A stretch of DNA of 64,000 nt from the NCBI RefSeq assembly GCF_030056705.1, contig NZ_JASHIC010000012.1:986-64985 (forward strand), given 5' to 3'. Both the position numbers and the translations under genes were made by a program. The notes under the pieces are model-generated. The model was not told the origin of the DNA and searched no databases. It saw only the letters and a list, made by a program, of their open reading frames with translations. Positions within the stretch are counted from its first letter, which is position 1. Each line of letters begins with the position of its first letter. This document shows, piece after piece, positions 9,599-17,180 of the stretch. This DNA is from Flectobacillus longus (lineage in GTDB: Bacteria > Bacteroidota > Bacteroidia > Cytophagales > Spirosomataceae).

Positions 9599-9627
9599 CT
9601 CCTCTAAAATGGGTTTAGAGGAGGGGA
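9599..9627 (+). repeat. 29-bp GC-rich hairpin CCTCCTCTAAA-ATGGG-TTTAGAGGAGGGG (copy 2 of 2)
   Basis: Read directly. Perfect 11-bp stem. Lies 180 bp upstream of the ATPase start, in the divergent intergenic region with the methyltransferase gene. Confidence 0.7.
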
Positions 9628-9733
9628 ATAAAATATTGGGGGTTGCAATAGAAATGACTGTTATCTATTAGTATTCTGTCATTCAAATATTTAGTCTATT
9701 CAGCAGAAAAGTACTTGTAGTTTATAAGTATCA

Positions 9734-11518
9734 TTGTATATTTTTTTACATTTGTCAATGTTAATTAAACGTAATAGTATAATGCTAATTAAAGAACTTA
9801 AAAGTACAAGTCAAATCTCATCCTTTCTTCTAAGAATTGCCTTTGGTCAAAACGACTATGAACAAGGTTTAGACAAAATTGATAGGAAGAAAAAGGGTGT
9901 TTTCTTTACAAACTCTGTTAACACAGTCGAAAATTTACTAGATGTTGTTTTAATTGATTCAGGAATTTTTACCAAAAGAATCCTTGAACCGTCTTGTGGT
10001 CAAGGTATTTTTATTTTACAATTGTTATCCGATATTTATTTAAAGTTTCCTGATGCTTTACTGATTTCAAACTTTATAACAAATAATATTTTCTTTGTTG
10101 ATGTCCAAGATGAAATGGTTGAAAAAACCAAAAGTAATATTCAAAAATTATACACTTTTCTTTTTGATGAAGCTTTTCAAGGTTCATTTAACGGAATAAC
10201 TTGGGATTTTACAGATAAAGTTTCTTCTGGATTATCGCTGTTTGATGAAGTTAGGACTACTCCATTTTCTAATTTATATAATTCGTTCGATTATGTAATC
10301 GGCAATCCACCTTATATTACATTGTATGGAAGAAGAGATAAAAAGGAGAATGAAGAACAAAGAATAAATTACTTAAATAATTATCATCAATTTCCCAGTT
10401 CAGTAAAAAATGGGAAACTTAATCTTGTGATGTTATTCATAGAACACTCGCTTGATTTTTTGAAAGAGAACGGTCAGTTGAGTTTTATTATTGATGTTTC
10501 TTTTTTTGAAACAGCTTATGAGTTTACAAGAAAATATTTATTAGACAATACAACTATTGATGAGTTGCAGGTAAACATTAAAGATTTTGATGTTGCGAGT
10601 GGTCAAGTAATTATTAAACTTTCAAAAACTAAAAGTGTAAATCATAATGTACAAATCATTGACCATAAAACAGGAAATCGATATTTGGTTGAACAGTCAA
10701 GTTGGTATAATAAAAATGATGAGTATAAATTCAGATACAATGGGTGCTCCATTTCAAAGCAAATTTTAGACAAGGTTGAAGCCAAAAAAGATAAAACCAT
10801 ATTACAATTATACCCAAACAAGAATTTACGTACTTGTGTGATGCTTTTAGATATGGAAGATAAATTTACTTTCATAGACAAAGGAAATAGAGAAGAAAAT
10901 TTATTGTATCCCTATTATCAAGGTTCAAAAGCGCTTTCCGAAAAGTATGGTAAACTGGATTTTAAAAAATATTTTTATTACGATAAATCCTTACAAGATT
11001 CTATTAATGATGAGTTAAAAATGGAACTTGAAAAACAAGGCATTAAGAATAAAAAAAGATTAGGGTTAGGCGAAACGATTATTTATGATAATCCAAAATT
11101 GTTTATTAGACAGTCGGCAAAAGAGATAATTGCTACAATTGATTTAGGTAAAAGTTCGGCAAATAATAGTCTTTACGTTTTTTCACTGAGAAATAATTCT
11201 GCAGAAACAATTGAATTTTTATATTTTTTATGTGGCTTTCTGAATACAGACTTTGTAACTTACTATGCTCAACAAATGAATATAATAAGGTTTTCACAAG
11301 GCAAACAACCGCAAATAAAAATTGGTGATTTAGGAACTATTTATATCCCTAGTGACATTAAATTACAAAATGAAATATCAAGATTCTGTAAAGAAATCTA
11401 CACCAATTTTGGCTCAAAAGATTCAGTCAAAACTCAAATAGATAAATTGGTTTACTCTTACTATGAGTTGTCTAATATTGAAATTACTACGATTGAGGCA
11501 AGTATCAAAGATTTTTGA
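9734..11518 (+). CDS. Type II N6-adenine DNA methyltransferase (gamma-class, TaqI/Eco57I-like order: motif X, I, IV, then C-terminal target recognition domain)
   Basis: Motif X GVFFTNS. Motif I ILEPSCGQGIFILQL (FxGxG). Motif IV DYVIGNPPYI (NPPY). About 300-aa C-terminal putative target recognition domain. Start could be an internal Met (9758 or 9782). The 3' end overlaps the convergent endonuclease gene by 14 bp. Confidence 0.8.
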   Translation: MYIFLHLSMLIKRNSIMLIKELKSTSQISSFLLRIAFGQNDYEQGLDKIDRKKKGVFFTNSVNTVENLLDVVLIDSGIFTKRILEPSCGQGIFILQLLSDIYLKFPDALLISNFITNNIFFVDVQDEMVEKTKSNIQKLYTFLFDEAFQGSFNGITWDFTDKVSSGLSLFDEVRTTPFSNLYNSFDYVIGNPPYITLYGRRDKKENEEQRINYLNNYHQFPSSVKNGKLNLVMLFIEHSLDFLKENGQLSFIIDVSFFETAYEFTRKYLLDNTTIDELQVNIKDFDVASGQVIIKLSKTKSVNHNVQIIDHKTGNRYLVEQSSWYNKNDEYKFRYNGCSISKQILDKVEAKKDKTILQLYPNKNLRTCVMLLDMEDKFTFIDKGNREENLLYPYYQGSKALSEKYGKLDFKKYFYYDKSLQDSINDELKMELEKQGIKNKKRLGLGETIIYDNPKLFIRQSAKEIIATIDLGKSSANNSLYVFSLRNNSAETIEFLYFLCGFLNTDFVTYYAQQMNIIRFSQGKQPQIKIGDLGTIYIPSDIKLQNEISRFCKEIYTNFGSKDSVKTQIDKLVYSYYELSNIEITTIEASIKDF

Positions 11519-12224
11519 TACTTGCTTCTTGTGATTTATTAAGCTCTTTGAGCTGGTCTAATGATAAGTCTTTTTTGAAATTACCTTGTTTTAAATTTTC
11601 TAATTCTTCCGTTGCCTTTTTCAGTTTTCTTTCGTTAGATTCAATTTTCTTTTGAAGTAAAAACTCTAAAAATTCTTCTCGGGTTCTGTATATTGGTTCT
11701 GCAAAACCATTGACTTGCATTTGGTTTGCAGGTGTTATTCTCATTGTACTACTAACATCCTTAAGGAAATATGATTTTACAAATATCTCCTTATTTTTCA
11801 CAAACTCTAACCCTGTTTCATTTCCTTTGTAATAGACAAGAATATAAGCTAAATAAAAATACCCACTATTGATCAATGTCAGTATTTTGTCTGGTGTACC
11901 ACTATCAGGATTTGTGTCGTCATTATCAACATTAATGGCTTTAAAATCAATCCAAAGCAATTCTTTGTGGTTGTTGATTTCAAAAAATGTTTGTATATCA
12001 AAAGGATTTTTTGTTTTCCCTTCGGGTGAAGCCAAAGACTCTTTAAAGTATTGATGTTTTTGGGTAAATTCTACAAACTTGCTTTCAAGAAATTTGCTAA
12101 TTCCATCTCCAACTCGTTCACCCTTCTTAACAGCAATATTTAATTTGGGATTTGCAATGATTATATCTCTTACAAGTTCATCTAATTGATTAGTAATAAG
12201 TGTTTCGTATGCTTGAATATCCAT
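11505..12224 (-). CDS. Putative type II restriction endonuclease (PD-(D/E)xK-like) cognate to the adjacent methyltransferase
   Basis: 239 aa with no obvious family motif except a plausible D...E-x-K core (NPFDIQTFFEINNHKELLWIDFK). The call is positional. It lies 3 bp downstream of an HTH controller gene, is co-oriented with it, and is convergent with the methyltransferase, which is the canonical C-R/M layout. Confidence 0.5.
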   Translation of the reverse strand: MDIQAYETLITNQLDELVRDIIIANPKLNIAVKKGERVGDGISKFLESKFVEFTQKHQYFKESLASPEGKTKNPFDIQTFFEINNHKELLWIDFKAINVDNDDTNPDSGTPDKILTLINSGYFYLAYILVYYKGNETGLEFVKNKEIFVKSYFLKDVSSTMRITPANQMQVNGFAEPIYRTREEFLEFLLQKKIESNERKLKKATEELENLKQGNFKKDLSLDQLKELNKSQEASIKNL

Positions 12225-12226
12225 AT

Positions 12227-12447
12227 TTACTTAAATAATTCTGATTGAAAAAATTGATAAACAGACATATCAAGAGCTTTTGCAATTTTTTCAATGTTTG
12301 CTATTGAAACATTTCTTTTCCCTTGCTCAATACTTGCGATATAGGTCCTATCAAGCTCACAAATAAATGAGAACTTTTCTTGACTAAGCCCCTTTTCATT
12401 TCTAAGTTCTTTAAGCCTTATTCCTAGTTTAATTCTTATGTCCATGT
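12227..12447 (-). CDS. Controller (C) protein, XRE-family HTH transcriptional regulator of the RM system
   Basis: HTH_3: IRLKELRNEKGLSQEKFSFICELDRTYIASIEQGKRNVSIANIEKIAKAL. The stop lies 3 bp before the endonuclease ATG. The start is likely MDIRIKLG (12447). The track ORF extends to 12481, but that would place the C-box inside the leader. Confidence 0.75.
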
Positions 12448-12483
12448 GTATAAAGTTCCTTGTTTGTAGTTTATAAAACAACG

Positions 12484-12498
12484 GACTATAAGTATAGT
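12484..12498 (-). promoter_or_regulatory. Putative C-box operator GACTATAAGTATAGT (inverted arms ACTATA / TATAGT)
   Basis: Read directly, about 37 bp upstream of the MDIRIKL start. It resembles the GACT-N-AGTC C-box palindromes of C.PvuII-type controllers. Confidence 0.45.
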
Positions 12499-12615
12499 TA
12501 TGGATATTATTTGAAATAATTGCACATCATTTAATAATTATAGCCTCGATTCTGTGAGCTTGCTACCAACGAAAATCCCCCCCAACAACTTTCTTACCCA
12601 ACGTCAATATACCAA

Positions 12616-12655
12616 TAAAACCCTGACAGAAATATCCATTTCCATCAGGGTTTGT
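12616..12655 (-). terminator. Probable rho-independent terminator of the CMD-family gene
   Basis: Imperfect stem AAACCCTGA..TCAGGGTTT on the minus strand, followed by a T-rich tract. Lies directly 3' of the 12681 stop. Confidence 0.35.
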
Positions 12656-12680
12656 GTCACTATTAGCGTTTCTGGTTAAG

Positions 12681-13127
12681 CTAAAACTTCTCTCCTACGG
12701 TAATGTGTGTGCTTACCGAAATACGATTCCATGCATTTATTGCAACTACAATCATAATGACTTGGGCAATGTAATCTTCGCTGAAGTATTTCAGGGCGTT
12801 TTGATAGGTTTCTTCTGTCAAACCTTTCTCACTGATGAGCGTAATTTCTTCTGTTATGGCTAATACCACCTTTTCCTCCTCCGTAAATAGGTCTGTTTCT
12901 CGCCAAGCATCTAGTAATAGAAGGCGCTGCGTTGTTTCACCATTTTTTAGGGCGTCTTTGCTGTGCATATCGATACAAAAAGCACAATGGTTGATTTGTG
13001 AGGCACGCAACTTGATAAACTCTTTGTGAGTTTTACTTACTGAGGTCGTTGTCAAATATTGTTCTAATCCGTACATGGCTTTCCAAGCCGCTGGCTGTGA
13101 TGCGTGAATTTTTACTCTAGTTGTCAT
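12681..13127 (-). CDS. Carboxymuconolactone decarboxylase (AhpD-like) family protein
   Basis: 148 aa. Conserved CMD core ...QINHCAFCIDMHSKDA.... Confidence 0.8.
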   Translation of the reverse strand: MTTRVKIHASQPAAWKAMYGLEQYLTTTSVSKTHKEFIKLRASQINHCAFCIDMHSKDALKNGETTQRLLLLDAWRETDLFTEEEKVVLAITEEITLISEKGLTEETYQNALKYFSEDYIAQVIMIVVAINAWNRISVSTHITVGEKF

Positions 13128-13256
13128 GGTATGATGTCAATTTGTCGTTTAAAAATATCCATCGAATTTTATTATTATTTTCGTCGCTGGACTACATGAC
13201 AAAGTTCACTTTTTGACTAAAGAAAAAACTTAAACCAGTTTAAGAACGCTCAAATG

Positions 13257-13844
13257 CTACTTTTTTTCTAAGGTTTTTTTCTTGCGAAGTTCACTCAAAT
13301 ACTCTGGTGAAAAACCCAGAAATGATGCCAATACTTTCTGCGGAATCCGCTGAACAAATTCGGGGTAATGCGAGGCAAAATGTTCATAAAAAATATCTTT
13401 CGACATCGTATAAAGGAATTTGACCCGAAGCAAGGACGCCGAGTACGCTCGTTGGTAGACTTTTCTAAAATACCGTTCCAATTTGGGTACTTCACACAAG
13501 AGTTTTTCCAAACTCTCGTGAGTAATTACCATCACCTCTACTTTTTCGAGTGCTTGTATGCTAAAACCCGATTCTCCAGATTTTTCGAAGGCCATCAGAT
13601 CGGTCATCCACCACGTTTCAAGCGCAAATTGAATGGTTTGCTCCTGCCCTTTTTCATTCATAAAATACAATCTCAAACAGCCTTTCGACACAAAAAATAA
13701 GTTCTTACAGATATTACCCTCTTGTAACAAATGCTCTTTTTTTTGATATTCTTGCCCTTGAAAATAACTCAAAACACAAGCAATTTCGGTATCTGTCAAT
13801 GTAATTTGTTCGGTTATATGTGTAATAAGTGGATGTTGAGACAT
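13257..13844 (-). CDS. Crp/Fnr family transcriptional regulator
   Basis: 195 aa. cNMP-binding-like beta-roll (LFFVSKGCLRLYFMNEKGQEQTIQFALE) followed by a C-terminal HTH (VQRIPQKVLASFLGFSPEYLSELRKK). Typical CMD-Crp pairing in Bacteroidota. Confidence 0.8.
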   Translation of the reverse strand: MSQHPLITHITEQITLTDTEIACVLSYFQGQEYQKKEHLLQEGNICKNLFFVSKGCLRLYFMNEKGQEQTIQFALETWWMTDLMAFEKSGESGFSIQALEKVEVMVITHESLEKLLCEVPKLERYFRKVYQRAYSASLLRVKFLYTMSKDIFYEHFASHYPEFVQRIPQKVLASFLGFSPEYLSELRKKKTLEKK

Positions 13845-14170
13845 GGTTTGGAGAGTTTAAATTGGCTTGTAGTTTTTGTATTTTTCACTTGATTCAGCAA
13901 ACATAATTTCGTCTGTCGGATATTCATAATCAAATCAGAAAAGACTGTCAGATAGCCAGAAACAAAACCATAATTTTATCCATCTTTTTCAAGATTCTAT
14001 CCATTTTACCTCAAAGTATAAATAGTGAATTTTGTATAAGTTTTTAAACTATTTCAACAGAGAAATAGCTTTAGGCTTCGTATCCACATAAACCTAGCCA
14101 CTATATTATATTGATTTATGGATTTTAAATGTTGATGCTACATCAACTCACCCTTTTTCAACGCATAAAC

Positions 14171-16993
14171 ATGGATAAAATTAAACTTTACCTCGTTGCA
14201 CTTTTATTGTTAAATACTTTTTCTATTTTTTCACAAAACAGTCTCAATTTATCAGGACAATGGCAAGTAAAACTTGACCCTGAAAATGTGGGCTTAAAGG
14301 AGCATTGGTGGTTTTCTGCGTTTTCAGAAAAAGCAAATCTCCCTGGTTCATTAGCCGAAAACAATTTAGGAAATGATATTACTCTTCAAACGCCTTGGGT
14401 CGGCGATGTGATTGATAGTTCTTATTTTTTTTCACCCAAATATGCCAAGTATCGTTCGGGAGACCTCAAAATTCCCTTTTGGCTTAAGCCTAAAAAAAGC
14501 TTTGTAGGCGTGGCATGGTACAAGCGTTCATTTGATATGCCTCAAAATTGGACAAAAAAACGTATTATTCTCCATCTTGAACGTTGTCATTGGGAAAGTT
14601 CTGTTTTTGTCAATGGTAATTTTTGCGGTACTCAAAATAGCCTAGTAGCCCCACACGATTACGACATTACGGATTACTTAAAGGCAAAAGGCAATAGTAT
14701 TTCCATCAGGGTTGATAATAGCGTTCGACTATATATCGGTCCTAATTCTTCGAGTATTACCGACCACACTCAAACCAACTGGAATGGTGTAATTGGCGAT
14801 ATTAGTCTGCAAGTGCAAGAACTTGTGCACATTGCCGACGTCAAAGTTTATCCTCATATCAATACTTCTGAAGTTGAGGTAAAAGTGTTAGTAGAGAACA
14901 AGTCCAAAGAAGATTTTTCGGGTAAATTAGCATTAAATATCAGTTTAAAAAACGCTGATAATCAATCTTTTTCAGAAAACATTTCAGTCACTTCTCATGC
15001 TCAATGGATTATTAAAACCATCAAAATTAACAATCCTAAATTCTGGGATGAATTCAATCCTAATCTTTATACGCTAGTAGTAAATTTAACCAAAGAAAAT
15101 CAAACACTTGATGCGCACAAGCTTCAGTTTGGTATGCGAGAAATCAGTGTTAAAAATAAAAGGATTCATCTGAACAACCGTCCTATTTTCCTCCGTGGCG
15201 ATGTCGATTGTGCAGGATTTCCTCTCACAGGCTATCCTTCTATGGAGCGTTCTTATTGGGAGAAAATAGGTACAACCATCAAAAATTATGGTCTCAACCA
15301 TTTGCGTTTTCACTCGTGGTGCCCACCAGAAATAGCGTTTCAAGTGGCAGATAGTTTGGGGATATATCTATATGTAGAAGGACCACTTTGGGCGAATCAA
15401 GGTAGTGCCGTAGGGACCGACGGGTTGATAGACCAGTTTATTTTCCAAGAATCTGAGCGAGTGGTACAAACTTACGGCAATCACCCTTCATTTATCATGA
15501 TGTCTTATGGCAACGAGCCTGCTGGTAGTAAACAAAACGAGTTTTTTGCTCGTTTTGTCAAACACTTCCAAGCTCTCGATACCCGTCACCTCTATACGTC
15601 GGGCGCTGGTTGGCCGATGATTCCAGAAAGCGACTTTCATATTCATTCAGATGCTCGCATACAGCGTTGGGGCGAGGGCGTTAATAGTATCATCAACGCC
15701 AAAGCTCCTTCGACTACTTACGACTGGTCGGGAATCATGGGCAAAATAGACAAGCCTTATATCAGTCATGAAATTGGACAATGGTGCGCCTATCCCAACC
15801 TCGACGAAATCGCCAAATACAAAGGCGTTTTGAGAGCAACCAATTTTGAGATTTTTAAAGAAACCTTAGAAGAAAATGGGTTGGGCGACCAAGCGAAGGA
15901 CTTCTTATACGCTTCTGGACGATTGCAAACTTTATGCTACAAAGCTGACATAGAAGCGGCATTGAGAACACCTAATTTTGGAGGGTTTCAACTTTTAGGG
16001 CTACACGATTTCTCAGGACAAGGCACAGCACTTGTGGGTGCACTTGATGCTTTTTGGGAATCTAAAGGTTATACTTCTGGAGACGAATATCGTCAGTTTT
16101 GTAACTCAACGGTGCTGTTGGCACGTATGCCAAAGCTTATTTTAACAAACCAAGAAAACTTTGAGGCGGCTTTAGAAATAGCGCATTTTGGTGCAAAACA
16201 GCTCTTGAATCAAACGATTCAATGGCGTATTCATGACGAATCAGGGAAGATTTATCAAAAAGGTTCGTTTATAAAACCAGAAATACAAATCTCTAATAAC
16301 CAAATCATTGGCAACATTTCTGCATCGCTCAGAAACTTCAAAAAAGCACAAAAGCTCATTCTTTGGACAACCATAGCGGGCACTACTATTCACAATTCGT
16401 GGGAGTTTTGGGTATATCCATCACAAGTAGATTTGAAATCGGCACAAGGCAATGTCCTTATCGCAGAAGAACTAAGTCCAGAAGTAATGACTGCTTTGGA
16501 AGTGGGCAAAAATGTATTGCTTTTGACCCATGGTAAAATCAAAAAAGGCAAAGGCGCTGAAGTAGCTATTGGCTTTTCGAGTATCTTCTGGAATACCGCA
16601 TGGACAAGTGGACAAGCTCCGCATACGATGGGATTATTGAACAACACACAGCATCCTATTTTCAAAGATTTTCCGACAGAAAAGTTTAGCAATTACCAAT
16701 GGCAAGACATGCTATCTCATAGCCAAGTGATGTTGCTCAATGATTTTCCTAAAACGCTCAAAGCTACAATCCAACCTATCGATACATGGTTTGAAAACCG
16801 TCGTTTGTCACTAGCTTTTGAGGCAAAAGTTGGAAAAGGCAAGCTCATGGTGTGTAGTATAGATTTGGTGAAAGATTTAGAAAATCGACCGTCTGCACGA
16901 CAATTCAAATATAGCTTGCTCAAATACCTCAACAGCAAAGACTTTAACCCAACACAAAACCTAGAGACAAAAGCAATACAAGCGCTTTTCTAA
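14171..16993 (+). CDS. Glycoside hydrolase, family 2-like (clan GH-A), secreted
   Basis: Signal peptide MDKIKLYLVALLLLNTFSIFSQ. GH2-like N..R..H motif NHLRFHSWCPPE. Acid/base motif MSYGNEPAG (compare WSxGNE). About 940 aa multi-domain. The track ORF starts at 14129; Met-15 is preferred. Confidence 0.65.
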   Translation: MDKIKLYLVALLLLNTFSIFSQNSLNLSGQWQVKLDPENVGLKEHWWFSAFSEKANLPGSLAENNLGNDITLQTPWVGDVIDSSYFFSPKYAKYRSGDLKIPFWLKPKKSFVGVAWYKRSFDMPQNWTKKRIILHLERCHWESSVFVNGNFCGTQNSLVAPHDYDITDYLKAKGNSISIRVDNSVRLYIGPNSSSITDHTQTNWNGVIGDISLQVQELVHIADVKVYPHINTSEVEVKVLVENKSKEDFSGKLALNISLKNADNQSFSENISVTSHAQWIIKTIKINNPKFWDEFNPNLYTLVVNLTKENQTLDAHKLQFGMREISVKNKRIHLNNRPIFLRGDVDCAGFPLTGYPSMERSYWEKIGTTIKNYGLNHLRFHSWCPPEIAFQVADSLGIYLYVEGPLWANQGSAVGTDGLIDQFIFQESERVVQTYGNHPSFIMMSYGNEPAGSKQNEFFARFVKHFQALDTRHLYTSGAGWPMIPESDFHIHSDARIQRWGEGVNSIINAKAPSTTYDWSGIMGKIDKPYISHEIGQWCAYPNLDEIAKYKGVLRATNFEIFKETLEENGLGDQAKDFLYASGRLQTLCYKADIEAALRTPNFGGFQLLGLHDFSGQGTALVGALDAFWESKGYTSGDEYRQFCNSTVLLARMPKLILTNQENFEAALEIAHFGAKQLLNQTIQWRIHDESGKIYQKGSFIKPEIQISNNQIIGNISASLRNFKKAQKLILWTTIAGTTIHNSWEFWVYPSQVDLKSAQGNVLIAEELSPEVMTALEVGKNVLLLTHGKIKKGKGAEVAIGFSSIFWNTAWTSGQAPHTMGLLNNTQHPIFKDFPTEKFSNYQWQDMLSHSQVMLLNDFPKTLKATIQPIDTWFENRRLSLAFEAKVGKGKLMVCSIDLVKDLENRPSARQFKYSLLKYLNSKDFNPTQNLETKAIQALF

Positions 16994-17180
16994 TAAGTAG
17001 GAAGACGTTATTAGTTAATAGTATATGGGTTTTGTGAAGGCATTGTTATAACCAAACCATACCTTAAAAATACTATTAATTTAACCTTTCTTATTACTTA
17101 AAACACAACAGTTCAAAGGTAAATCCAGTGGTTCAAGGATTTACCTTTGAACCCACCTTTTTATACAACACTATATCAAA

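Noticed and set aside
9417-9733. Possible additional small gene or toxin/antitoxin in the ATPase/methyltransferase divergent intergenic region
   Set aside because: No ORF of at least 40 aa with a start codon. The region is occupied by the hairpin repeat and AT-rich promoter DNA.
12227-12481. Longer 84-aa version of the C-protein ORF starting at 12481
   Set aside because: It would place the C-box-like palindrome inside the coding region. The HTH domain begins right after the internal Met (MDIRIKL). The short start is preferred but not proven.
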